Assembly: GCA_963792965.1 (NCBI GenBank)
Contig: CAWBYW010000026.1
Location: forward strand, 1-24,199
Source of the DNA: an uncultured delta proteobacterium
Lineage (GTDB): Bacteria > Desulfobacterota > Zymogenia > Zymogenales > Zymogenaceae
Reading direction: 5' to 3'
DNA: 24,199 nucleotides
Positions 1 through 9,791 of the stretch are shown here, in pieces. The notes beneath the pieces are model-generated. The model searched no databases. It was not told where the DNA came from and saw only the letters and a program-made list of their open reading frames with translations. The position numbers were made by a program, and so were the translations under genes. Every line of letters starts with the position of its first letter. Positions within the stretch are counted from its first letter, which is position 1.

Positions 1-520
1 CCATGCGCATCCTTCCATAGTTTGCGCGGGTCGTGTCGATATCATCTCCCCACGGATAGGCCTTTCCGACGAGCCCGCCCCGTGCGGCTTTTTCCCATTC
101 AGCCTCGGTGGGGAGGCGCTTCTTTGCCCACCGGGCGTAGGCCTCGGCCCCGAAGTAGGTCACCATAACCACGGGATAGTCCCCGTAGCCCTCCTCACTG
201 ACGAACTTGCCGTTTATCTCGTTGATCCTGCAATCCTCACTGTTCAAAAGGAGGTAGTGCGCCCCGCCCTCCATCCGGTTTCCCACCGCGTTGAGGAAAG
301 CCGCATACTTGTCGTTGGTGACCTCGCACTTATCGATGAAGAAGTCGCCCACGTATACCCGGCGCTCGGGCCGCTCGCCCGTCTCCCCGTAGTTATTTCC
401 CATGACGAACTCGCCCGCGGGGACAAGCACCATGTCGTCATATTCACCCGCGTGAGCGGGTCCCGGCATGCAGAGGGCCGCCAGGAACGCCAGCACGCAC
501 ACCGCTGTTTCGATCTTCAC
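1..520 (-). CDS. Formylglycine-generating enzyme (FGE-sulfatase/SUMF1) domain protein with signal peptide; 3' end outside window
   Basis: Not in the ORF track; translated by hand from GTG at 520 (SD GAGGTG upstream): signal-like MKIETAVCVLAFLAALCMPGPAHA, then MVLVPAGEFVMG...FFIDKCEVTN...PVVMVTYFGAEAYARWAKKRLPTEAEWEKAARGG...YPWG, which are hallmark FGE-sulfatase motifs. Confidence 0.9.
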   Translation of the reverse strand, partial: MKIETAVCVLAFLAALCMPGPAHAGEYDDMVLVPAGEFVMGNNYGETGERPERRVYVGDFFIDKCEVTNDKYAAFLNAVGNRMEGGAHYLLLNSEDCRINEINGKFVSEEGYGDYPVVMVTYFGAEAYARWAKKRLPTEAEWEKAARGGLVGKAYPWGDDIDTTRANYGRMRM

Positions 521-536
521 CGGATCACCTCATCTG

Positions 537-1781
537 TCAACGAAGGGACTTCATCATCCTCTGCACGTCGACGATTGCCTTCTCAAGCGCGGGCATGGAG
601 CTCTGAAGGCCCGCGAAATCTTTATTGATCTTCTTAAGCTCCGGGACGTATCGGCGCCGCTCCGACTCGCTTGGCCCATTCTCGACGGAGGCAAGCGTCA
701 TCGAGACGAAATTGAAATCCGCGCCGAGGTCAAGCATCTCCTTGGAAAACTGGAAGTTCTTTTCGGCCGTCGTGATGCAGACCGGGATCCCCTCAACGAG
801 CGCGTTGACATACTCCTCCTTCGTCACAAAGGGGAAGCCCTCGCCCCATTCGAGCCCGAGGAAATTGTTGGGGGCCATGTCGCGGTCAAGGAGTTCCTTG
901 ATCGCCAGGAAGAGCCTGCCGGTGACCGTCAGCGACACGAACAGCGGGTCCTCCACGTAGAGGGCTTCATGTTTTTCCTTATAGACCTCGTATACGTAGG
1001 CCGCCTCGGCGACCTTCGTGGAGAAGACCGGATCCGGGAGCCCCACCTTGAGATAGACCATCAGCTCGTGATATTTATCAAAGAGGCCGCGAGAGTCGGC
1101 GAGAAAATCCTTTTCTCTTTCATACGGGGGCCAGTAGGTCGAAAAGAACCAATAGCTGCCCCAGAGGACAAGGACAAAAAAGAGGACGAGGAGAAAACCG
1201 TTCCTGATGCCCCGCTTCCCCTTTTCGACCGGCGCAAGGGGAGGCACCGGCGCGGCCGCCACGTTCGGCTTCTTGCCGGCGGACAGGAAACCGAAGAAGC
1301 CCCTTGGCGCCGATGGAGTGACCGCGACGGGCTCGGTCTGGTCCCCTGCCCCGGCCTCCGGGATTTCGGCACCGAGATCGACGAAGGGCGGGCCGCCATC
1401 CGACACGATATCCTCCTCGCCAAGCGAGATGATCTCGTCACCGCCCGAGGCCTCGGGAATCTCTTCTTTAAGGTCTATTCCCTCGATGTCGACCAGGAGA
1501 TCATCGTCCGGGATCGCGTGGACGTCCGCGTCCGCCATAACCCGCGTAAAGGGGACATCGTCGCCGGAGCGGCTACCGACGAGGATATCTTCTCTTTTTG
1601 TCCGTTTCGTCTTCGCGGGTAGGTCCGGTGCTCTTGGGGGAGTATCGAGACCCGATAGGGACTCGGCAGCCGGCGTGAAGGTTTTCCGGCAGCGGGGACA
1701 TCTCACGCTCCCCGAAGAGGCCTTCAGCTTTTCTTCACTGATGCGGCCCGAGAGGCCGCAGTGGGGACAGGTAATCTTCAT
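537..1781 (-). CDS. Zinc-ribbon (MJ0042-type finger) bitopic membrane protein
   Basis: N-terminal MKITCPHC...VRCPRC finger, acidic/Pro-rich linker, one TM helix (FLLVLFFVLVLWGSYWFF) and a helical C-terminal domain. ATG at 1781 preferred over the track's 1793. Confidence 0.75.
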   Translation of the reverse strand: MKITCPHCGLSGRISEEKLKASSGSVRCPRCRKTFTPAAESLSGLDTPPRAPDLPAKTKRTKREDILVGSRSGDDVPFTRVMADADVHAIPDDDLLVDIEGIDLKEEIPEASGGDEIISLGEEDIVSDGGPPFVDLGAEIPEAGAGDQTEPVAVTPSAPRGFFGFLSAGKKPNVAAAPVPPLAPVEKGKRGIRNGFLLVLFFVLVLWGSYWFFSTYWPPYEREKDFLADSRGLFDKYHELMVYLKVGLPDPVFSTKVAEAAYVYEVYKEKHEALYVEDPLFVSLTVTGRLFLAIKELLDRDMAPNNFLGLEWGEGFPFVTKEEYVNALVEGIPVCITTAEKNFQFSKEMLDLGADFNFVSMTLASVENGPSESERRRYVPELKKINKDFAGLQSSMPALEKAIVDVQRMMKSLR

Positions 1782-1927
1782 ACGACACCCCAATTAACCA
1801 CGTGGCTATTTATTCTATTGATTTTGCCCCACTCTTGTGCAAGAATTGCTCAATTATAGGGAATCGGTGCTTAAAAATCAAGGTTTTTTGCGACTCCCTT
1901 TCATCCCGCAACTTTTTTTAACATGCC

Positions 1928-3250
1928 ATGACCACCCTGCGCGAGACGATAAAAGAACAGGCCCTCGACGTCTTTCGACACGCCATCCGGGGCGCCGACC
2001 CGACGACGACGGTCGCGCGGGCGCTTTCGGACATGGAGCGTGAGATCCGGCCGCATCGGCGCGTCGTGGTGATTTCCTTCGGCAAGGCCGCCGTACCCAT
2101 GGCCGAGGCCGCGCGTGACGCCGTCGGTGACCGGATCGTCGGCGGCGTCGCCGTCACCAAGTACGGTCACGGGGGCGACCTCGGGAATATCCCGGTGATC
2201 CAGGCCGGCCATCCCATTCCGGACGAAAGCGGGGTTCGGGGAGCACGGAAAATCCTTGAAGCCGTCTCGAGGATGGGCCCCGACGATCTGGTGCTTGTGC
2301 TGGTCTCCGGCGGGGGCTCGGCGCTCCTGTCGCTGCCCGCCGACGGGATTTCCCTTTCCGATCTCATAGAGGTCAACCGGCTCCTCATCGATTCGTCTGC
2401 GGATATTGGTGAGATCAACACCGTCAGGAAGCATCTGTCCGCAATCTCGGGGGGAGGCTCGCCGCCCTCTCGCGGCCCGCCCGCGTCATCTCGCTTATTC
2501 TCTCCGACGTCGTCGGGGACGACATGGCTGCCATCGCCTCCGGGCCCACCGCGCCCGATCCCACGACCTTCGGCGACGCGGCCGGAGTGCTGAAAAAATA
2601 CGGGCTTGCCGACATGATCCCGCCCTCAGTGAAGCGGCGGCTCGCCGCCGGGATGGCCGGAGAGGCTGGCGGAGACGCCTAAACCGGGCGATCCGGTCTT
2701 TGACGGCGTGACAAATCTCATCGTTGGTAACGCCGCCGGGGCCCTCACCGCGGCCCGGGAGCGGGCGGATCTGCTTGGCTTTTCCTCCCTCGTCCTCTCT
2801 TCCGGCTTTACCGGAGACACTCATCAGCTGGCGCGCTTTCATGCCGCTGTCGCCCGCGAGATGGTAGGATATGAGCGGCCTGCCGCGCCCCCGGCCTGCA
2901 TCATCTCGGGCGGAGAGACGACCGTTACGGTCACGGGCATTGGTAAGGGCGGCCGGAACACCGAATTTGCCCTTGCGTTCGCGCAACAGACCTGCCCCGC
3001 CGAGGGGATCTTCGGCCTCTTCTGTGGGAGCGACGGCACCGACGGCCCAACCGATGCCGCGGGGGCGTTTGTCGCCCCCGATACCATGGAGCGTGCGCGA
3101 GGAGAGGGCCTTGATCCCGACCGATATCTGAAGAACAACGATTCGTATTCGTTTTTTCGGGCGATCGGGGACCTCATCATCACCGGCCCCACGCGGACAA
3201 ACGTCATGGACATCCGCCTCGTTTTTGCCATAAAGGGGGTGCCCCGATGA
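1928..3250 (+). CDS. Glycerate 2-kinase (MOFRL/DUF4147 family), about 440 aa after correcting two compensating indels
   Basis: Motifs FGKAA, AGHPIPD, LVSGGGSAL, EINTVRKHLS; SDVVGDD..IASGPT in a shifted frame; GGETTV, GGRNTE, DGTDGPTDAAG, TGPTRTNVMD. Needs one more G in the run at 2449-2454 and one G fewer near 2664. Confidence 0.9.
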
Positions 3251-4062
3251 ACGAAAAGCGCCCCCCCGGCCTGATCGGACGATTCTTGAGGGGATTGTTC
3301 GCGCCCCTGAGGGGACTGCGGTTTCTCTTCGCCAACCGGCGGCTGTTGAAATACGCGGCTTTTCCCACCCTTATCAACGTCATCCTTGTCTGTTTCCTCT
3401 TCTATCTCGGCGTACACTTCTCCCATGAGCTCGTATCCCGGTTCATACCGGCCCAGGCCCAGTGGTACTGGGCGGTGCTGACCTATTCCATTGAGGTCGT
3501 CGTTATAGTCACGCTTATTTTTTTCCTCGCCGTTGTCTTCTATATCCTGGCCGGCATCATCTGCGTCCCGTTCAACGACCTGCTCTCCCGGAAGACAGAG
3601 GAGATCCTCGCCGGCAAGAAGGATGAGGAGCCGTTTTCGATGCGCCTTTTTGCCAAGGATATCGTCTTCTCATTGAAGAACGAGATCAAGCGGACTTTCA
3701 TCCTGCTGATTCTCCTGTTGTTTCTTCTGATCCTGTACGTGATCCCCGTCGTCGGGAAGCCCGCATATCTGGTCTTTGGTAATATTGCGACGATGCTGTT
3801 CTTGGCATACGATAACCTCGACTATGCACTGGCAAGAAGGCGGCTCTCGTTCGGCCGGAAGTGGAAGTTCATCCTCGGAAATCTCTCGTCGACCCTCGGT
3901 TTCGGGGCGGGGGCATTGTTCTCCGTTCTCGTCCCCTTCTTCAATTTCATCGTCATCCCGCTCACGGTGGTCGGTGCCACGCTCCTCTTTATCGAAATCG
4001 AGCGCTGGAACACCAACGTCCCCGACATGAGGCCGTCAGCCCAAAAAGGAATAGCAAGATGA
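3247..4062 (+). CDS. EI24/CysZ-like multi-pass membrane protein
   Basis: PFNDLLSRKTE, IPVVG, LDYALARR and VVGATLLF motifs typical of EI24/CysZ; ATGA overlap with the upstream gene. Confidence 0.8.
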   Translation: MNEKRPPGLIGRFLRGLFAPLRGLRFLFANRRLLKYAAFPTLINVILVCFLFYLGVHFSHELVSRFIPAQAQWYWAVLTYSIEVVVIVTLIFFLAVVFYILAGIICVPFNDLLSRKTEEILAGKKDEEPFSMRLFAKDIVFSLKNEIKRTFILLILLLFLLILYVIPVVGKPAYLVFGNIATMLFLAYDNLDYALARRRLSFGRKWKFILGNLSSTLGFGAGALFSVLVPFFNFIVIPLTVVGATLLFIEIERWNTNVPDMRPSAQKGIAR

Positions 4063-4730
4063 AAGGTAGATTTCTCCTCTTGGTCATCTTCTTCTTATGC
4101 GCGGCGGTCGCCCACTCGATGGATCGATCGGCCGTGATCACCGGCGCCCGGGTCCAGATGCACGAATCACCGTTGGGTGACTCTCGGGTGATGGGCCTGT
4201 TGAACAAAGACACCACCGTGGAGGTGATCGGGAGAACCGAACAGCCCGACGAGACCCTCCAGTTTTCCGACTTCTGGTATCACGTGAGCTACCGGGGCAA
4301 GAACGGGTGGGTCTTCGGCCAGTTTATCAATCCTTCATCCGGGGGAAGGGGACTGGCCGGGATATTCACCGCCGATGAGCTGATGCGCTACTGTGCGCTC
4401 TCGGCCACCAATCTGGCCAACTGTAAGAAGGCTACGGCATACCGGGCGCTTATCGACTCCTCGATCCTTTTTATCTCCGACATTAAAGAGATAACCGGAG
4501 ACCCGATACTCTCGCGATTCGCGGGGGCCACCGGCGCGTATGAGCTCCTTGCCGATTGCTACCTCGCCGTGGGATATGCCGGGACGGGAGATTTTAAGGA
4601 TGCGCAGAGGATAAAGAAGCAGCTGCTCGGCTACAGCCTCACGACGCCACTCCCCGACAAGACGACACTGGATTCGAAGATCGACGAGATCGACGCGATG
4701 ATCCAGGGTAAGGAAAAACTTCCGAAGTAA
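4059..4730 (+). CDS. Secreted SH3b-domain protein
   Basis: ATG at 4059 (ATGA overlap with stop at 4060-4062); signal peptide MKGRFLLLVIFFLCAAVAHS; SH3-like ITGARVQMHESP...VEVIG...WYHVSYRGKNGWVFGQFI. Confidence 0.75.
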   Translation: MKGRFLLLVIFFLCAAVAHSMDRSAVITGARVQMHESPLGDSRVMGLLNKDTTVEVIGRTEQPDETLQFSDFWYHVSYRGKNGWVFGQFINPSSGGRGLAGIFTADELMRYCALSATNLANCKKATAYRALIDSSILFISDIKEITGDPILSRFAGATGAYELLADCYLAVGYAGTGDFKDAQRIKKQLLGYSLTTPLPDKTTLDSKIDEIDAMIQGKEKLPK

Positions 4731-4749
4731 CTCAGAAAGGCTATTATCT

Positions 4750-6198
4750 ATGGAGTCCGTCGACATCTTTTTCAATCCCGCGAGCTTTGCCGTCATCGGG
4801 GCTTCCGAAAACCCGAGGAAGGGAGGAAACATCGTCGTGCGCAACCTCCAGCGCTTCGGCTGGAAGGGAACGATCTATCCCATCAACCCGCGCGGCGGGA
4901 CGATCGCCGGGATCACCGCCTATGAGAGCATCCTTTCGGTGCCCGGTGAAGTGGAGCTGGCCATGATGGTTATTCCGCGAAACCTTGTGCCGAAGTCGTT
5001 GGAGGAGTGCGGGAAAAAGGGGGTGAAGGGAGTCATCATCTCCACGGCGGGCTTTTCCGATTCCGGAGAAGAAGTGGGGAGGTCCCTCGAGCGCGAGATC
5101 ACCGAAATCGCCCGACGCTACGATATGCGCGTCATGGGACCAAACAGCATCGGGACGATAAACGTCGCGGACGGATTCGTCACCTCCATCACGACGCTCG
5201 TCAAGCCGCCGACCGGCTCGGTCTCCTTTTTCGGGCAGACCGGTATGTTTGCCTCCGGCTTTTTCAGCTGGATCACATCGTCCCAGAACTTTTCCGTGGC
5301 CAAGGTCGCCTGCCTCGGCAATAAGTCGGACGTGGATGAGTGCGACGTCCTCAACTTCCTCGGAAATGATCCCCCGACCGACGTGGTTGGTGTCTACCTC
5401 GAAGGGGTCCGGGATGGGAGGCGCTTCCTGGAGACGGTGCGGGCGGTCTCGCAAAAAAAGCCTGTCGTGGTGCTCAAGTCCGGCCGGACCGAGCGGGGGG
5501 CCCGCGCCATCTCGTCGCACACGGGGACCCTGGCTGGCGAAGACCGGATATACGACGGCATCTTCCGTTCCCTCGGCGTGATCCGAGTGGCCGACTTTGA
5601 TCATTTTTACGACGCCCTCAAGGTCTTCTCGTTTTGTCCCGTCCCCCCGGGCAGTCGGCTCGGCGTGGTGTCTATTACCGGCGTGGGGTGCGTGCTCGCG
5701 TCCGACGCCATGGGAGCAACGGGACTTTCCACCCCGCCGCTCTCGAGCGCCGCTAAAATGAAGATGGAGACGGTCTTTCCTTCATGGGCCCAGATGAAGA
5801 ACCCGGTTGACATGTGGTTTGCCATTGAGAACGTGGGACCCGAGAAGGCCTACGAGGTCATCACGGACTCCATCATCAGGCAACATGATATCGATATGAT
5901 CCTCCTCATATTCACTCTCATCCCGGAGTCCGATTTCGACGCAGCCGGTATCGTTGCGAAGATCCGCGACGAAAATCCGGGAAAGCCCGTCATCGCCTGC
6001 TTCATGGGGGGCGAGTTTTCGCTCTTTTCCCGATGGTACGCCGACTTCGAGCGACTGAGGATCCCGGTCTTCCCCGACCCCGGCAGGGCCGTCGAGGCGG
6101 CATGGGCGCTCTTCCGGTACGCTCGGTTCTTGAACGAAATCAAGGAGAGACAACAGGCGCCGCGTGAGCCTGTCCCGGTATCATCCGGCGCCGTTTAA
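4750..6198 (+). CDS. Acyl/acetate-CoA ligase (ADP-forming) alpha subunit, CoA-binding protein
   Basis: FNPASFAVIGASENPRKGG, YPINP, GPNSIG, LGNKSDV, YLEG, phospho-His motif SSHTGTLAG, NPVD; no ATP-grasp (beta) domain. Confidence 0.88.
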   Translation: MESVDIFFNPASFAVIGASENPRKGGNIVVRNLQRFGWKGTIYPINPRGGTIAGITAYESILSVPGEVELAMMVIPRNLVPKSLEECGKKGVKGVIISTAGFSDSGEEVGRSLEREITEIARRYDMRVMGPNSIGTINVADGFVTSITTLVKPPTGSVSFFGQTGMFASGFFSWITSSQNFSVAKVACLGNKSDVDECDVLNFLGNDPPTDVVGVYLEGVRDGRRFLETVRAVSQKKPVVVLKSGRTERGARAISSHTGTLAGEDRIYDGIFRSLGVIRVADFDHFYDALKVFSFCPVPPGSRLGVVSITGVGCVLASDAMGATGLSTPPLSSAAKMKMETVFPSWAQMKNPVDMWFAIENVGPEKAYEVITDSIIRQHDIDMILLIFTLIPESDFDAAGIVAKIRDENPGKPVIACFMGGEFSLFSRWYADFERLRIPVFPDPGRAVEAAWALFRYARFLNEIKERQQAPREPVPVSSGAV

Positions 6199-6222
6199 CT
6201 ACTTTTTTGAAGGGGAAAAACC

Positions 6223-7035
6223 GTGATACCCTACCCCAATATCAGCCCGGTAATGCTGAAAATCGGAAAGATCGAGATCCGCTGGTACGGGATGATGTAC
6301 CTGGTCGGATTCGTGATCGCTTTTTTCGTCATGAGGTACCTCGCCATGAGGAAGAAGGTGCGGCTCGTCGGCGACGACCTCTGGGACTATATCTTTTACG
6401 CCATGCTCGGTGTGATTGTCGGGGGGAGGCTCGGCTACTGCCTCTTCTACGCGCCCGCCTACTTCTTGGAATATCCCCTCAAGGTCTTCGCCCTCTGGGA
6501 AGGGGGGATGTCGTTTCACGGCGGGTTCCTCGGCGTCCTCCTCGGGACATTCTACTATTGCTGGAAGAAAAAGACCGCTTTCTATGACGTGGCCGACATC
6601 GCCGTGGCCGCCGCGCCCCTCGGGATCGGACTGGGCCGGATCGGCAACTTCATCAACGGGGAGCTCTTCGGGCGGGCGGCCGATGTCCCCTGGTGTATGA
6701 TCTTCCCCGGGGGGGGACCGATCTGCCGCCATCCCTCCCAGCTCTATGAGTCGCTCACCGAGGGGCTCCTCTTGTTCTGTATCCTCTTTGTTATGAACCT
6801 GAAGCGCGCCCGGAGCGGGGTCCCCTTCTGGTCTTTTTTCCTCTTCTACGGGATATTCCGCTTCACCAACGAGTTCTTCCGCGAGCCCGACCCTCAGCTC
6901 GGCTTCATCCTCGGGCCCTTTACCATGGGCCAGCTGTTGTCGGCCCCGATGATTGCGGTGGGCGCCATAATGGTCGGATACCTCATGCTCCGAACGGATC
7001 GGGGAAAGGCCGTCACGAAGGGAAAGAAACGATGA
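6223..7035 (+). CDS. lgt: Prolipoprotein diacylglyceryl transferase
   Basis: IRWYG, GGRLGY, GGMSFHGG, GRIGNFINGELFGR, RHPSQLYE, EFFREPD. Confidence 0.97.
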   Translation: MIPYPNISPVMLKIGKIEIRWYGMMYLVGFVIAFFVMRYLAMRKKVRLVGDDLWDYIFYAMLGVIVGGRLGYCLFYAPAYFLEYPLKVFALWEGGMSFHGGFLGVLLGTFYYCWKKKTAFYDVADIAVAAAPLGIGLGRIGNFINGELFGRAADVPWCMIFPGGGPICRHPSQLYESLTEGLLLFCILFVMNLKRARSGVPFWSFFLFYGIFRFTNEFFREPDPQLGFILGPFTMGQLLSAPMIAVGAIMVGYLMLRTDRGKAVTKGKKR

Positions 7036-8459
7036 GAGCCACCAAGATCGTCTGCACCATCGGCCCCGCCTCCCGATCAGAAGAGACGATCCGGGAGATG
7101 GTAAAGGCCGGACTGGACTGCGCCCGACTCAACTTCTCCCACGGCACGCACGATGAGCATGGGGAGGTGATCTCCCGTATACGCTCCGTCGAGCAACAGC
7201 TCAAACGTCCCATCGGCATCATGATGGATCTTGCCGGGCCGAAGATCCGGGTGGGCGACATTGGGCAGCGGGCCATCGAGCTTACCCAGGGAGAAACGGT
7301 CGTCATCTCGGAAGATGTCGTCTCCCCCTCGTCGTCCACCGATGCCCCAAAGGTCATCCCCATCGGATATCCGGGGCTCGCAAAAGAGGTGGCGCCCGCG
7401 CAAAGGATCTTCATCGCCGACGGCACCATCGAGCTCGTGGTGCTGGGTGTATCCGGCGATACGATCACGGCGCGGGTCGCCGGCGGGGGCGTCGTGACGT
7501 CGAGGAAAGGGGTCAACCTCCCCGATACAAGGCTCTCGGTGACGTCCTTTACCGAGAAGGACGCGCTTGACCTCGCCTTCGGGCTTGCGGCCGGCGTCGA
7601 TTGGGTGTCGATGTCGTTCGTGCGCAAAAGTAGCGACATCGAGCTGGTAAAGAAGATCATCGCCCAGAAGAATAAGAAAACGCCCGTCATCGCCAAGATC
7701 GAGAAGGCCGAGGCGGTCTCAAACATCGACTCGATCCTTGCGGCGGCCGACGGGTTGATGATCGCCCGGGGTGACCTCGGCGTCGAGACACCGCTCGAGG
7801 ACGTGCCGCTGGTGCAAAAGCGCCTCATCGACCTTGCCAACGGGGCGGGCAAGCCCGTCATCACCGCCACCCAGATGCTCGAAAGCATGGTGGAACAGCT
7901 GCGGCCCACGCGGGCGGAGGTGGCTGACGTGGCCAACGCCGTCATCGACGGGACGGATGCGGTCATGCTTTCGGAGGAGACCGCCGTGGGCAAGAACCCC
8001 GTGCTTACGGTTGCCACCATGGCAAAGATCGCCGCCGCAACCATCAACGGCACCTCTCCGGACCAGTGGGTTTGGAAGGCGCAGCAGTACCGCCAGGACG
8101 ACATCACGGGGGCCGTCTGCCACGCCGCCTATCACACGGCGCGAAACCTGAATGCGGCCGCCATTATCACGCCCACTTCCTCCGGCACAACCCCCCGATT
8201 GATCGCCCGCTATAAGCCGAAACAGCCGATCATCGCACTTTCCGCCGATATCCAGACGGTACGCCGGCTTACCCTTTCCTTCGGGATCATCCCGAGGCAC
8301 GTTTCGTTTGACAAGAACGTGGAGGACATGACCCGGGCAGCGAGGGAAGAGGCGCTCAAGACGGGGCTCGTTAAGAAGGGAGAGGTGGTGGTCATCACGG
8401 CGGGCCTGCCGGGGGGGACGCCCGGCACGACGAACCTGATCAAGGCGGAGGTATTGTAG
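7032..8459 (+). CDS. pyk: Pyruvate kinase
   Basis: TKIVCTIGPAS, RLNFSHG, DLAGPKIRVG, IAKIEK, MIARGDLGVE, ITATQMLESM, PTRAEVADVANA, DGTDAVMLS. Confidence 0.98.
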   Translation: MRATKIVCTIGPASRSEETIREMVKAGLDCARLNFSHGTHDEHGEVISRIRSVEQQLKRPIGIMMDLAGPKIRVGDIGQRAIELTQGETVVISEDVVSPSSSTDAPKVIPIGYPGLAKEVAPAQRIFIADGTIELVVLGVSGDTITARVAGGGVVTSRKGVNLPDTRLSVTSFTEKDALDLAFGLAAGVDWVSMSFVRKSSDIELVKKIIAQKNKKTPVIAKIEKAEAVSNIDSILAAADGLMIARGDLGVETPLEDVPLVQKRLIDLANGAGKPVITATQMLESMVEQLRPTRAEVADVANAVIDGTDAVMLSEETAVGKNPVLTVATMAKIAAATINGTSPDQWVWKAQQYRQDDITGAVCHAAYHTARNLNAAAIITPTSSGTTPRLIARYKPKQPIIALSADIQTVRRLTLSFGIIPRHVSFDKNVEDMTRAAREEALKTGLVKKGEVVVITAGLPGGTPGTTNLIKAEVL

Positions 8460-8535
8460 ACCGAGGGCTTCGATTTCCCGGCGAGTGCGCCGGGGGTGGA
8501 TAAGACGGGTGACAACCGTGGAACCGGAGAATGGC

Positions 8536-9643
8536 ATGAACACTCGTGAGAGATTCCACGCGACGTGCAACTTCGAGAAGATCGACCGCCCCATCCAGTT
8601 TGACGCCCTCGGATTCTGGGACGAGACGCTGGTGCGCTGGCATAAAGAGGGCCTTCCCGAAACCGTGATCGACGCCACCTTTACCGCCCCCGACTATTTC
8701 GGTTTTGATTCCCTGAGCTGGCTTCCCATCGCCGCCAACACCGACTATGAGCCCGGCTTCTGGCCGGCCTTCGAGGAGGTGACGATCGAAGAGGGAGAGG
8801 GGTATCTCATCAAGAAGGACGTGGGCGGAAACACCGTGAAGGTCAAGACCGACGGGCACTCCACCATTCCCCAGTACCTCGATCACCCCGTCAAGACGAT
8901 AAAGGACTTCGAGGCGCTCCAGGTGGCGTCTGGACCCCGAGACGCCCGAGCGCTTCACCCAGTTCCTCGACATCATGATCGGGATGGCGACGGCCAAAGG
9001 AGACGACACCTATAGCTGCGCCCACTGCTGCGGCCTGTTCGGGCTGTTCCGCCTGCTGTTGGGCCTCACGGGCCTCTCCGTTGCGACAAGGCGGGACCCC
9101 CAGCTCCTTCACGCGATCGCACGCCAGTGGGTGTTCATGAATAGCGTCCTCTTGAAAAAGACGCGCGAAAAGGCCCCGGTCGACTGGGTCTTCTTCTTCG
9201 AGGACATGTCCTATAAGAACGGCCCGATGATCTCCCCCAAGGTCTTCAAGGAGTTCATGGCGCCATACTATAAGGAGCTTATCGACTCGGTGAGGGGCGA
9301 TACCGACATCACGGTCTTTTGCGTCGATTCAGACGGTGACGTCACGATGCTGATTCCCCTCTTTATGGAAACCGGCGTGAACATGATGCTCCCCTTTGAA
9401 GTTCAGGCGGGGATGGACGTGCGTAAAATCCGGGAGGCGCACCCACGCCTCGTGATCCTCGGCGGCCTGGACAAACGCGCCCTCTTCACGGATGAGGCGG
9501 CGATAAGACAGGAAGTGGTGGGAAAGGTGCCCCCCATGCTCGCAAAAGGAGGTTATATCCCGTCGGTAGACCACAACGTGCCCCCGGAGGTGTCGCTTGC
9601 AAACTTCAAGAAATATCTTGAGATGCTTCGGGGACTCTATTAG
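8536..9643 (+). CDS. Uroporphyrinogen decarboxylase (URO-D/CIMS-like) family protein, copy 1, about 368 aa after removing one extra C at 8919-8920
   Basis: MNTRERF start with SD GGAG; FEDMSYKNGPMISP, VDSDG, PFEVQAGMD, GGLDKR, GGYIPSVDHNVPPEVS. Colinear with copy 2 once the frameshift is removed. Confidence 0.85.
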
Positions 9644-9791
9644 ATTTGTTACGAATGGCACGGGCATCCGGGAGATGCCGGCGCCGCCCGGAAGGACATA
9701 ATCGAGGCGGGCGCCGAGTCTTGACCGTGTATGACTTCGACGGCCGCGCTGCCCATGGAAGCGGACGGCCCCTGGACTGGAGGACATTCAT

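Noticed and set aside
468-1622. Long antisense or alternate-frame ORFs (e.g. 468-1622, 4744-5604, 7013-8107, 7719-8678, 14471-15340)
   Set aside because: Shadow ORFs opposite well-supported genes, expected in GC-rich DNA; no recognisable motifs.
2449-2665. Programmed frameshifting or phase variation at the G6 run and other indels
   Set aside because: Runs are short, indels are scattered through unrelated housekeeping genes and some compensate each other; sequencing error is simpler.
8477-8494. Hairpin CCCGGCG-AGTG-CGCCGGG after pyk as a terminator
   Set aside because: No U tract follows it on either strand.
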